From: Balanoglossus misakiensis
Taxonomy: Eukaryota > Animalia > Hemichordata
Direction of reading: 5' to 3'
Length of the DNA: 64,000 nt
Assembly (NCBI GenBank): GCA_040954595.2
Contig: CM082597.2
Coordinates: forward strand, 6,845,849-6,909,848
Made by a program: the position numbers and the translations under genes. This document shows positions 1 to 10,536 of the stretch, in pieces. Position 1 is the stretch's first letter, and the number at the start of each line of letters is the position of its first letter. The notes beneath the pieces were generated by a model. That model had not been told where the DNA came from. It saw only the letters and a list, made by a program, of their open reading frames with translations, and ran no database searches.

Positions 1-712
1 TAAATGTGTCATCTACATTACTTACAAGTTACACATCACCAGTTACACCTCCTCACCATATGCATAGGATGCAGATGATTTCTGGCTGCCTTAAATAGGT
101 TTTCACTTTGGGCTAGGGGGTCAAATCACATTATAATAATTGCATTCTGGGTAAAAAGTCAAATATTACAAATCACAACGCTGTGAATAGGATGCGGATG
201 AAGGTATTCGTGATTAAAGAAACGAATTGAAGTCGAGCATTTACACCCATGTAACAATTAGTCTAGTCAATCTACGAGATTTGGGCACCTAACCCACCAC
301 AAATAGCAACATATTTTTTTCTTAAAATGCATTTTGGAGGTGTCTAGAACAACATATTAAAAATGCACCCGAATCCGCCTTGTGGAAATATGTCTAATTT
401 GCATAAATCCAATATTGGAGATTTTTTGGCCATATATTAAGAAATAAACATGCTTTTTCGTGATTTTAAAGTTCAAAACTATTTCATGTGCATGAAGAAA
501 GATTTTGAAATAATATTTGACATGGACACTTTTCATAATTTGCATAATTTCAATATGGCGGACAGTTTTCCTAGAAAAAAACATATTTGGGCAGTATATT
601 GGTTACTAAGCAAGCTGTTTTAGTGTTTTTAATTCAATATTACGTCTATGACATTTGGAACAATTTTGAAAATATATATGGCATAGATTGAAAGGGGGGG
701 GGAACCAGACTA
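1..712. mobile_element. Right end of a TAG..CTA-terminated non-autonomous DNA element, probably extending beyond the window start
   Basis: Ends in GGGGGAACCAGACTA (712), the same terminal motif class as other TAGTC/GACTA elements in the window. Left end and TSD are not visible. Confidence 0.35.
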
Positions 713-781
713 GTATGCATGTGCGTATTGAGAAATGATATAGCTTCTATCACGGTGTGGAGTGACCGTGCTTCTATATAC

Positions 782-1054
782 CTGCCGTACACAGTTCACC
801 CGCCTTGCCGATTCCACAGTATTCAATTCCAGCAGCATTCCCGGTGTAGCACCATGTCATGTTGTCGTTGTTCGGGTTTCGACAATAGTTGTGATCTCCC
901 AATCCTCCGCGCGGGTAGTTTGTCGGGGTCGTGTTGTGTTGGTTTGGCGTCTGTTCCAGCCAGTTCTGGCATTCGTGCCCGTGTACGGTCACGTTCACAA
1001 CGCCACGGTAGTCATTGCCGCGTGCTTCGAAGTAACATTCACTGTACCATTTAC
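782..1054 (-). CDS. Kringle-domain exon (phase 1-1) of a secreted EGF/kringle protein
   Basis: Translation ECYFEARGNDYRG..CQNW..HN..YP..GLGDHNYCRNPNND..WCYT..EYC has the six kringle cysteines and the NYCRNP motif. AG acceptor at 1056-1055, GT donor at 781-780; 273 nt. Confidence 0.9.
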
Positions 1055-1178
1055 CTGACATATAAACAGAGACATTTTCCTTTATCTGTGTTGGCAATGT
1101 GCAGTCACGTGGGTTGCGTCAATTTGGCGTATGCTACAAACAAAGAGGAGTTAAATATCATGCAGTCAACAGATTGCC

Positions 1179-1363
1179 TGGTCTGGTCCCCTGCCCCATT
1201 CCCACCGCTGGCTGCGCTACGCTGAAGGGAAAGGGTCAGGCACGGACTTTAGTAAACACGGCTCTCATTGGCGTACGGACATTGGAGGCATCCATCTTGT
1301 TTATGATCACGTGGTCTTTGTTTCATTATAATTTGCTGGCCAGGTTTTTTGGCCAAGATAGCG
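1179..1363 (+). mobile_element. Fragment of a TAGTCTGGTCCCCTGCCCC-ended MITE family (related pieces at 15543-15652 and 16726-16761)
   Basis: GTCTGGTCCCCTGCCCCATTCCCACCGCT recurs at 16726 and as reverse complement ending at 15652. Internal CATTATAAT..GCTGGCCAGGTTTTT..GGCCAAGAT is shared with 15543. Confidence 0.6.
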
Positions 1364-1621
1364 GCCCGTTGTGGGCGACAATCAATATTCCGCCATGTTT
1401 GTTGATGATCAAACACTGAATAATAATATAAAATTGTGATAACGGTTGTTGTTTATGTTTGCTCACTGCTATAAGTCCTAATATTACCCTACAGACTCTC
1501 CCATGGTCACGTGGTTGAATTTGCCACCAGTTACAGCAACGACTACTCGGCGAAGGAGGTGGTTTCTCGTCAACAACGACCTTCGTCAAGGTCACGTAAA
1601 CACATCCCACATCCTAGCCAT

Positions 1622-1856
1622 TAGACTTGCTCCAAGTCTATAGGCTTCATTATGTGTAGGGAACGCGTAGGCCCATACGCTACCCGAAACCACAAGCTCA
1701 GTCCCAAATTCGAAACTCACCTCACTACCAAAAACACGCTCAAGGCAAGCATGCACGCAAAACAAGTATTGAAATTATTTATTAAGACAAAAAAACATCG
1801 AAAACACAACAAGTATTGAGATTTAAAAATCACCAAGCGATTAGTGGGCTAGTCTA
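1622..1856 (+). mobile_element. Non-autonomous DNA transposon with TAGACT..AGTCTA termini and 9-bp TSD (Academ/AcademH-like)
   Basis: Perfect 9-bp direct repeat CCTAGCCAT at 1613-1621 and 1857-1865. An inverted homologous copy lies at 9156-9373. Confidence 0.85.
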
Positions 1857-2586
1857 CCTAGCCATCTGTACCATCTCAGAAGACTGTATAACGAGGTTAT
1901 TATTTAAATCAGGATTTAAAGTACATCCCATAGAACAGCTAAAAAAATGCAAACAGGAATACGGCATTGACAGAAAAAAAGCGGGTACGGTTTTTTTCTG
2001 TGCATGCGAGGACGACATACCATGTTCAGTTTACCTACACCTACACCACGTTGGGCCCAACGTGGAATAACCTTGGGTTCGTAGGATTTCGTACAAGCGC
2101 TATTGTCCAACCTTCACGAGGCCCGGAATTTTCCTGTAGCCTGATCACGTGGTTCTATTCCATTAGCACTTTGCATAATCACAATGGCCCTATTAAATTT
2201 ACACAATTGTTGCATTTACTAATTGTTAGCGTTATTAATAAGTGGCCCTCGAGAACACGGTTACATTTCACAAATTTTGCCATAGATAGCGAGAGAGACT
2301 TTACACATATAACTCAAATTTGGTTTTTAACACAAGTTAAATGATAATTGAGTTAATATTCAATTAAACAAGTGAGCAACAGTCGTTCTGCACTTTAACA
2401 TTTTGGTGGTGTGCGTACATTGCCGCAGTTCCAAACCAAATCTCCATCGCACGTACTTCGAGGCTTAACACATAAGTCAACACTATTTCAATGCCCATGT
2501 GCAACTGATATTCGGAGAGAAAACACCATAAAACACAACTCCCGGGGCGTCAATATGTAGAGTCACTCGGCCATCATGAAACACAA

Positions 2587-2659
2587 GCCCGGTTAGCTCA
2601 GTCGGTAGAGCGTGGGACTTTTAATCCTAAGGTCAAGGGTTCGACCCCCTTAGCGGGCG
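2587..2659 (+). tRNA. tRNA-Lys(TTT)
   Basis: GCCCGGT-TA-GCTC AGTCGGTA GAGC-G-TGGGA CT TTT AA TCCTA-AGGTC-AAGGG TTCGACC CCCTT-AGCGGGC-G folds as a cloverleaf with intact A/B boxes and a T-run terminator just downstream. One G:G mismatch in the acceptor stem. Confidence 0.85.
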
Positions 2660-3391
2660 ATCATTCTTTTATTCCCGTTTACTTGTTTTCTGCGAACACC
2701 AGTATCGAATGCCGTTATGTTTTCATATTCATGTTTAAATTATGACCGGAAGCGGAAATGCTACGAGCAAAAAAAACAACAAATAATCTAAACTAACTTT
2801 TGATCCTGGACTGCGTTCACAAAGCTCTTGGTACTTAAACTAATGCACAGTTTGCCATCTTCCTTGATATTTTTTAATTGATGAATATAAATGCAACTCT
2901 AATGAAACTCAAGGACATGTACATGAACTTAAATAATAGACCCTGGAGCTCCAGGTGCTATCATGCTTGAACACCTAACCTGCAACTCTAATGAAACTCA
3001 AGGACAGTTGTCACCACAACTGTGCATGCGCGCAACTATGTTTTAACCTCTCGTGTATGTTCATATTGGGCAAGTAAAATTTTACAAATTCGGGTCATTT
3101 TTAGATATGCTCTTCGCACTTTCAAGACCCTTATCATCAATGTGTTTATTGAGCGGGTGCTTAGATATACACATGTAGTCTTTCAATAAAGCACTGGAAA
3201 CATTAGACGATTTGCTGGGTAAGGACGCCACCTATCGGTCGAGCTTTTTACGATTTTCTGAGTTCGTTTATACAATGAAAGTACCATTTACGAATGAAGT
3301 TCACTTATGACGTTGGCGATGTGGAAGAATCAGGGGCGTCGGTTTGTTTCTCCTCCCCTCTCGTCACTCTTCCCCTCCCCCTCCCGCCCAT

Positions 3392-6300
3392 TCAATGTTA
3401 AGGCCTTGAAATCACGTTCATTATTTTCAGACATATAAGGAGATATATGCCATTGGGTCGACTTCACCATGTATCATTTTGATCAAATGGAGGCGAAAAA
3501 TATATGCACCGTATTCTGTAGCGCGAGTTTTGTATACAATGATCATACAGGTGTGAAGGGCGGGGTCACTGACCGAACGCCAACATCCGGGTAGTCAAAT
3601 CTGACCCCAACAACTTGAAGTAGTGATTGAAAGAGCATAATACTTTGAAGTGCGATTGAAAGAATATACGCTTTTGAGAATTGATTTATAAGACATTTTT
3701 ATTTACAAAGACGAGAAATAGAGGAAAGGCACTGCAGATGTAATTTGCGATAGTTTTCAGTATTTCTATTTTTTTTCTTCCTGATTATAGGCTGTGATGA
3801 CAATCCGAATACGAGATATGTCCACATGTTGTAGGGTGTGTAGAACAAGAAACTATAGTGGATACATTGAATACAAGCACTGAAAATATAAACAAATTTT
3901 ACAGCCGCTCTCCCTTTCAAAATTGGAAAAGAAAAACAAAGTCCGTTCAAAAAGTCAACCGGTTTAAACTTGAAAACAGACAACGAAAACTTGATACTAA
4001 TTAATAAAATAAACATGTGAGAATAAATTAGTGAATAATTTAAAACCGCAACATTCAACAGACAGCCATGACCAATTCAAATCGCATCACTAAGTGACAT
4101 CACCTGAAGAGTGATTTCATTTATTCAGCAAATATTTTGATGCAGTGGTTTTGAGTGTCGGCAACAACTACTCGGGGGACGACGTCATCAGTCAACGCGA
4201 TGCCAATTGGGTATATCAAGTTGTCATTACCGCTATCGACACGTGAGATGATTTTACCCTGCATGTCTAGTTTACTAACAGCAGATGTACCACGCACACC
4301 ATGAGTGACATACATGAATCTGTCACCGTGAATAGCCACACCTCGAGCACATCTTATCTCTTCAGATTCCATGACGACTTTACCATGCACATCGCAACCA
4401 TACACACGATTCTTGTAATAGTCTGCCACGTACAATGTCCCTGTGCTGCCGATGTCCACAAAGTACGGCCACACGAAGGTCACGCGACCACTACCCTGCT
4501 TGCCCAGAGTTCTGACATGATTTCCCTCTTGTGTGTACACTTCCATCAACCCGCTCATTCTACTGCACACGAAGACGTTGCCATCGATTGGGTGAATTGA
4601 AATACCGATGGGGTTCCTCAATTCTCCCTGACCGAAGCATCTGATCAGGTGACCGTCGTCATCACTGACAACTACTTGATTATTGCCTCCATCTGTCGTG
4701 AAGTACGCATTGTCGGGTGAGATGGCTACATCCTGGGGTTGGAATGACTTCTTAAATTTGGTGAAAGTTATGCTTTTCTTGAAGTTCCAGCCTTTGTCGA
4801 ATATTTGTAGGCGGTTGTTGTTTTTGTCCGCGATGACGAAATTTCCGTGTTTGTCTTTTGTGATTCCCCAGGGTTCATTAAAGTTGCCGTCTTCACCTCC
4901 CTTTTTACCGATGGTTCTAATCAGACCAGGTGCACGCGTAGAAAATTCAAATGGTGATCCGGGTAAGCTCTGGTTATCTAACGTCATGGAAACACGGTAG
5001 GTACCTTTACTGTGTGCAGTGATGACTGTTGTGTGTGTACCGTCACAATTGTTGTGAAATTCAAGCTGATCCGTTTCACCGTTCGGTTTCCGTACAGAGC
5101 CGACGAGTTTCTGTCTCGGAATGACGTCACAACCTCTGCTGTCTCTAGTCCGTACAAAAACACGTGCAGAATCGCCGCGGAAAATTTGTGTTTGTACGTT
5201 TTCAATGACGCATTTCTGTACACATGCGTCAGCTTTTATCCATCCGAAGTCGCCAACATTGATGTCTGATTTTCCCTCGAATTCGAATTCATCTTTCTGT
5301 TCTTTATACTCATCTGGCGCGTCCAGAAGTTCACGGGCGCGGCGCGTCGTTTCTGGTCGCGTGGACAGCAAGTGCGCGGCATTCCCGTGATGCATCACAG
5401 TCTCTGCGTAAGTACGCACGCTGGAGACGTTCCCGAAATTGAAATCAAACTCTTGAATGAGAATATCCATGTGCTTCACTCTCACGTCGCTTTCTCTTTG
5501 TAACCCATCCACCAATCTTTGCTGATTGGTTCTTATCCTTTGAATGAGTTCCTCTGCTTTCCTGTTGACCTTTTCTTGTTCTTGAAGACAGTGCGTCTGA
5601 ATTCTGTCACGTGATGTCTTCATCGCTTTCAGGCTGCTTTGAACCTTGACCTCTTTCGCTTTCAGTCTTTCAATGTCGTCTCCCAGCTGTTCTCGATACT
5701 CCGCGGCAGCTTCTTCCAGGTACCTGTGCGCATGCTCAGGGACGCGGTGGTCGACCACTGTACACACTATGCAGACGGGTGCCTGGCAAGTATCGCAGTA
5801 AAACTGTAACTTGCTGTCCGCGTGGACCGAACAGTTAACCGCGTGTTCTGCCACTGACTGCCGAGTGGACTTCGGTTCGCTGTGTTCGGCTATTGTCTTC
5901 ACTTCGTGTGAACTGGACGACTTGCTTTTCTGGTGTATCTTAGCACATTTGTCACAGATGTACTGGGTACAATCGACGCAAATAAAGGACACGTCATTTT
6001 CTTCACAAAGCTCACATATTTCATGTGTTTCTCCAGACATCTCCTTTCTTCTCTCGATCACCAAATCGACCAGAGATTCCATCCAGAAATTTCCCTTCAA
6101 TCCACTCACCCCGCCTTCAGGAAGTTGACAGAGCGTTTTACAGGTTGGGCAATTCAAGGCGCCATGTTTCTCCACCCAGGTGCACAAACACTGCTCACAG
6201 AACGTGTGTAGACACGGCAGAACTTTCGGGTTCTTGTACCGCTCCAGGCAGATCGAACAGGCGACGTAATCGTCGTCGATTTTGTTGAGGAAATCGTCTA

Positions 6301-7182
6301 AATCAGCGGAGACGGCCATCGTTACTCAAAATCTGTTTGGCAACTGAATGGAACTGTAGCCCACTTCGGGGTTTGTTCGTTTAGAACCTCTCAGTTTCGT
6401 GAGAATTATCAATACGGGAGATTTTCGACATAGCAGGCGTCCGCCCATGTGATAATATAAAACACAACTTTCTTCTCTTTTGTCTCTTTATTAACTTCAG
6501 TAAAAACTTCAAGACATTTAATGCAATGATAAGAATATAAACTTGCTTTCCAACCCTTGTGGGACTTAATAAGTCAATACTTGCCATCGACTTAGGTGGT
6601 CTTAAGAGCATTGTTAGTCAGCTGAGAAGTTTGCACGTAGAGACGATAACAAGAATGATTTACCACTCAAACAATGCTAATGTCGACAGGTAGCGATAAC
6701 TGTACTTGCCCAGTGTGGCACAGGTTAATTTTCAAGCGCAAAATATCATTACCGGGACTGGTTGCTTAGAGACAGGTTCTGAATGACAGGAATATGGATC
6801 GATGAACGAGGTGTGTACATGGTCCACTTGCCGCGTATTCAACAGAAGTAGGGACTTATTGTTCAGTTCGGCGAACTCAAACAGAAAGAAAATCAAGTGA
6901 CCTAAATTTTAAGTCAGTCTTCTCCGAGTTTTCTCTCCAAAATCATTTGATAGCTCTAGCTATAACCAGAAAGGTATCATATGATATGAAGGGACAACGG
7001 CCATATCAGGTATCTGCAGAGTAATGAAAGGAAAACAAAGTTGCACATTTGGTGGGCGTTTTTCAACGCCTACGACATGTTTCTGTGCAAATATTTATGC
7101 CAAAAATTGTGTCATTGGTAGAAATAGTAAAACTTCCCCCCAGTGTTATTTTAAAATAAAATAAAATAAATAAGTTCCTGCC
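3392..7182 (+). repeat. Segmental tandem duplication unit A carrying the TRIM-NHL gene (copy B 10537-14871)
   Basis: Collinear similarity from TCAATGTTAAGGCCTTGAAATC (3392/10537) to TAAGTTCCTGCC (7182/14871). Copy B has an extra ~0.5 kb at about 14295-14795. Confidence 0.9.
4121..6319 (-). CDS. Single-exon TRIM-NHL E3 ubiquitin ligase (RING, 2 B-boxes, coiled coil, filamin repeat, NHL propeller; TRIM2/3/71-like), 732 aa
   Basis: CSIC..PCLHTFCEQC..CPTC RING; CELC..CVDC..CDKC..H and CSVH..CDTC..CIVC..H B-boxes; filamin ending LPGSPF; NHL repeats such as FNEPWGI and IADKNNNRLQIF. Confidence 0.95.
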   Translation of the reverse strand: MAVSADLDDFLNKIDDDYVACSICLERYKNPKVLPCLHTFCEQCLCTWVEKHGALNCPTCKTLCQLPEGGVSGLKGNFWMESLVDLVIERRKEMSGETHEICELCEENDVSFICVDCTQYICDKCAKIHQKSKSSSSHEVKTIAEHSEPKSTRQSVAEHAVNCSVHADSKLQFYCDTCQAPVCIVCTVVDHRVPEHAHRYLEEAAAEYREQLGDDIERLKAKEVKVQSSLKAMKTSRDRIQTHCLQEQEKVNRKAEELIQRIRTNQQRLVDGLQRESDVRVKHMDILIQEFDFNFGNVSSVRTYAETVMHHGNAAHLLSTRPETTRRARELLDAPDEYKEQKDEFEFEGKSDINVGDFGWIKADACVQKCVIENVQTQIFRGDSARVFVRTRDSRGCDVIPRQKLVGSVRKPNGETDQLEFHNNCDGTHTTVITAHSKGTYRVSMTLDNQSLPGSPFEFSTRAPGLIRTIGKKGGEDGNFNEPWGITKDKHGNFVIADKNNNRLQIFDKGWNFKKSITFTKFKKSFQPQDVAISPDNAYFTTDGGNNQVVVSDDDGHLIRCFGQGELRNPIGISIHPIDGNVFVCSRMSGLMEVYTQEGNHVRTLGKQGSGRVTFVWPYFVDIGSTGTLYVADYYKNRVYGCDVHGKVVMESEEIRCARGVAIHGDRFMYVTHGVRGTSAVSKLDMQGKIISRVDSGNDNLIYPIGIALTDDVVPRVVVADTQNHCIKIFAE

Positions 7183-8703
7183 AACATCATGTATTTTTCT
7201 GGTTTGACCATGCCACAGGAAGCACACTTTTTTATTTTGTCCTAATAACAAATAAAATATCTATCTTTTTTCTCGATTTTCTTAAATACAATTCACAATT
7301 CTCTGATTGTGGCCGCGGGCGTATCGCATGGAAGCTAAATGTTAACCAGTTTGGGAATCTTTCGCCCCAGTCATAACAAATAACGCTTTGTGATTTTGTT
7401 TCCTATCTATTATTAATAAAACGGCGAAGTAGTGTCTATGTCATATATAAGCAAACAAATGTGATTATACTCTGTGTAAAATCGACAAAAATCAATCGAT
7501 AAAGTGTTCATTAACTGAGGCCTCGTATCACGAAATTGTGTCGTATCACCAAGCATTGGCAGCTATCCATAATATCACAGATCACTGGTACGTGCTTCCG
7601 TCAGTCGCTATTGTTGTTGTCTGCCATCAAAATCAACATTACGTTACCACTCAAAACCCGAGTTAGCAGGCCTAACTCGGGTCTGAGGGGGTTGCCTTAT
7701 CAGTGCCTGTGTAAACAAAACAATCACAGATTACGTTGTAGTAAAGTGCAAGGTCAAGATTAATTCCCCTGCTCAGACTGATTACCTTTACAGAGTATTC
7801 ATGAGCAGGATTATTTTGGTTTGAAATAAAATAGTAGATGCTTAAACTACTTGTAAAACACTAATATTATGCACTATACAACTGTTTGTGATAATAATAA
7901 TTTGTTGACGAATTCGTGGTTATGCTACCCAAATACATGCCGTGGGATACCCCATATGTGAGCGTAGTAATCTTGCATCAAAAGTAGTCCCCTGCTGAAA
8001 ATAATCTTGATTTAAATTTGGCATTTTATCAGCAAACACCTGATAGGAAGTCAGGTTTATGGGGGACTTATCTGCCTTGTGTGTACATTACCTGAGATAA
8101 AAAAAAGGGGGGGGGGTTTGCTGCCTCTAGTTTTTAATGGAGTGGTAACGTAATGACATAGCACGACCTTTCATCGTTTGGGGTCGAGCCCCCGACGACT
8201 TCTGCAATACCAGACCAATGACATGTCTGTCCGTTATCACCACTGTTTGCTGCAAAGTCAACAATTCTGTCACGGTATCGGCTGGCGTAATGACATGGAA
8301 TACGTTAAAATATGTGATTCTGGGGTTTAACGTGTTTACACTGAGACCTACAAATTGACGACATGCCCCAATATAGCACGTAAAGAAATGTCTTTTGTAC
8401 ATACCAAACGCTACCACAACTAACCAAGGGCGTCCATATCACATTTTAGTATAAGAAAAAAATCAAACTGTAGTATTATATAAAGTACAATGTATACTAG
8501 TAGTAAAACCTGTGTAAATATTTCCCCCTGTTATTGTTACAATACGATTATATTTTAGAAAACCTATTCTCTCGGGATTTTCAGTTTCCTTCTGTACTTC
8601 TGTTAAACATGTTTTTGGTTCACCTATCTACTTCCTCAAACATTTAAAATACTCAGGAATGTTATAACTTAGGATAGTCCCTATAATCTTTAACAGTTGT
8701 ACG

Positions 8704-10442
8704 CTAATTGTCTTTACTCATTTGACGGGGAGCTGGTACTGGTTTGTGCGTTGGCTTAGGGGGTTTCTTCGGCGGCAGTGTGGCGGGCCGGCCTGGTGAT
8801 GGCGGCGCGTCAGATGGGCGGTCCGGTTTCTGTGACTGGACAGTGTCCGAAGCGCTCTGGTCAGCTGGTGACTTCTCGGCGCTAGCAGGCTGGTCAGTTT
8901 TGGCCTTTGATGAAAGGCGGGGAGGTGGTTGGTGATCTGGTGGCGTCGCCGGTTTCGGCGAAGGAGGGGGGTCAGCGGGACGCTCGGGTTTTGGGGGAGG
9001 TTGGGTGTCTGATGACCTGGCGGGTTGTTCAGACGCAGACGCGTCAGAACCATAGGGCGCTGGTAGTGGTGGTGGCGACTTGGTCTTCGCGGCGACTTGT
9101 TCGGGTATTGACGCTGTACGGGTGTCGGCCAATCATGGTGGTTTACGTGGTGCCTTAGACTAGCCCACTAGTCGCTTGGTGATTTTAAAATCAATACTTT
9201 TTGTGTTTTCGGTGGTTTTTTGTCTTAATAAATAATTTCAATACTTTTTGCGTGCATGCTTGCCTTTAGCGTGTTTTTGGTAGTGAGGTGAGTTTCGAAT
9301 TTGGGACTGAGCTTGTGGTTTCGGGTAGCGTCGACACGTTCCCTACACAGCCCATAGACTTGGAGCAAGTCTAGTGGTGCCTGTTTGTCAGCTGGCTCTG
9401 CTCCTTGTGATGGTGGCGGCGCTGGGGCAACGACCTTTTGTTTTCCTGGCGATGGTGATGGCGGTGGTTGGCCACGCCCCGGTGGTGGTGGCGGCGGAGG
9501 GGGGGGGCGGTTTTGGGACGAGCTGGTGAGGGTGGTGGTGGACCACCCGACGGAGGGGGAGGCGCAGACTGGACTTTCACTTCTGCGGGAATGTTCTCCG
9601 ACCGTGGAAGAGAATCACCTCTTTGTACTGGGTGTGGTGGTACCGGCGGGGGCTGGCCTCCACTGGTGGTACAAGATGGCGGAGGTGGTGGTGGACCACT
9701 AGAGCGGCCTGGTGACTGTGGAGGCGGAGGTGGCGGTGGTTGGTGGCTCGCCTTTACCTGACCTTCTGTTCTCGGCAGCGAATTTCCTTTACATTCCGAC
9801 TGTGAGGACAACGAAGATGGAATATCATCGAACTGATTTCTTTGTCTTGGCAGCGAGTTGCTTTTTGAACCGGGCTGAGGCGGTACTGTTGGTGGATGGG
9901 TGGCCGCGCCGCGCCCGTGTGATGGCGGTGGTCTTGGCAGTGGTGGGGAGGTTATTACCGACCGGCTTCCTGGTGGTCTAGCAGGCGGTGCCGATTGGAT
10001 GAAATAGATGTCCAACGGGGAACCTGGCACTGGTTGGTCGCTTATTGTGACGTCAACACGGCATTTGCCACTGGCCAGACCGCCATCTACTTTCACAGCA
10101 TGCACGCCATCGGCGCAGTATGCAACCTTCAATGCTACGTCCGACCCACTTGGCTTCGTTACCTTTACGTTAATAGGTTGACGTGGAATAATGTCTTTGC
10201 CGCCACTGTCTCTTGTGGTGATGAGAAATGTCTCTGTCTGGTCTCGTCCGATTCTGTTAGCCTCGTTTTGTATAGAGCATTTTGGAACACAAACGTCCGA
10301 CTTCAATCCCATTTCTCGAGGTCAGGAATCTCAAACGATTTATTTTTTTCTTGGGCAATGACTGTACAGTTTCTGTTTTCTGGAGATCTTCATTTCTGCC
10401 CATCGCGTCTTTAGTGGCCGACATGAGTTGAATGGCGTTCCC
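8704..10442 (-). pseudogene. 5'-truncated TRIM-family pseudogene: coiled-coil end, filamin repeat and long proline-rich C-terminus
   Basis: GNAIQLMSATKD (from 10442) and SDVCVPKCSIQN..TRDSGGKDIIPRQ..VPGSP align to the neighbouring TRIM (GNAAHLLST; ADACVQKCVIEN..TRDSRGCDVIPRQ..LPGSP). Lesions: frameshift between 10442 and 10312, frameshift in the G-run near 9500, MITE at 9156-9373, in-frame TGA at 9135-9133. Confidence 0.8.
9156..9373 (-). mobile_element. Second copy of the TAGACT..AGTCTA element, inserted into the proline-rich ORF
   Basis: Reverse-complement match to 1622-1856; 9-bp TSD GTGGTGCCT at 9147-9155 and 9374-9382. Confidence 0.9.
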
Positions 10443-10505
10443 TAGTCTCGGTTACCCAGACTCCTTCGCGCGGGCTATCGCCAAAGCGAGAAGAGAGTCT
10501 GGGGT
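10443..10505 (+). mobile_element. Truncated TAGTC-type hairpin MITE at the duplication junction
   Basis: TAGTCTCGGTTACCCAGACTC...GAGTCTGGG inverted repeat, starting exactly where the TRIM pseudogene homology stops. Confidence 0.55.
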
Positions 10506-10536
10506 AGTCAAATCTGACCCCTAACAACTTGAAGTC

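Noticed and set aside
2892-3006. 26-bp direct repeat (similar case at about 34384 and 34637)
   Set aside because: Only two copies with no further structure; probably local slippage or repair.
3699-4058. 119-aa hydrophobic ORF (and 10844-11143)
   Set aside because: AT-rich TRIM 3' UTR sequence; indels between the two copies do not preserve the frame.
4301-6288. Plus-strand ORFs overlapping the TRIM genes (also 11562-13477)
   Set aside because: Antisense shadows of the real CDS.
6416-6426. NF-kB-like GGGAGATTTTC upstream of both TRIM genes
   Set aside because: Imperfect match, and its conservation is explained by the recent duplication.
9371-10312. Formin/WASP-like gene call for the proline-rich ORF
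   Set aside because: No FH2, WH1 or WH2 domain; the N-terminal part is a TRIM-type filamin repeat.
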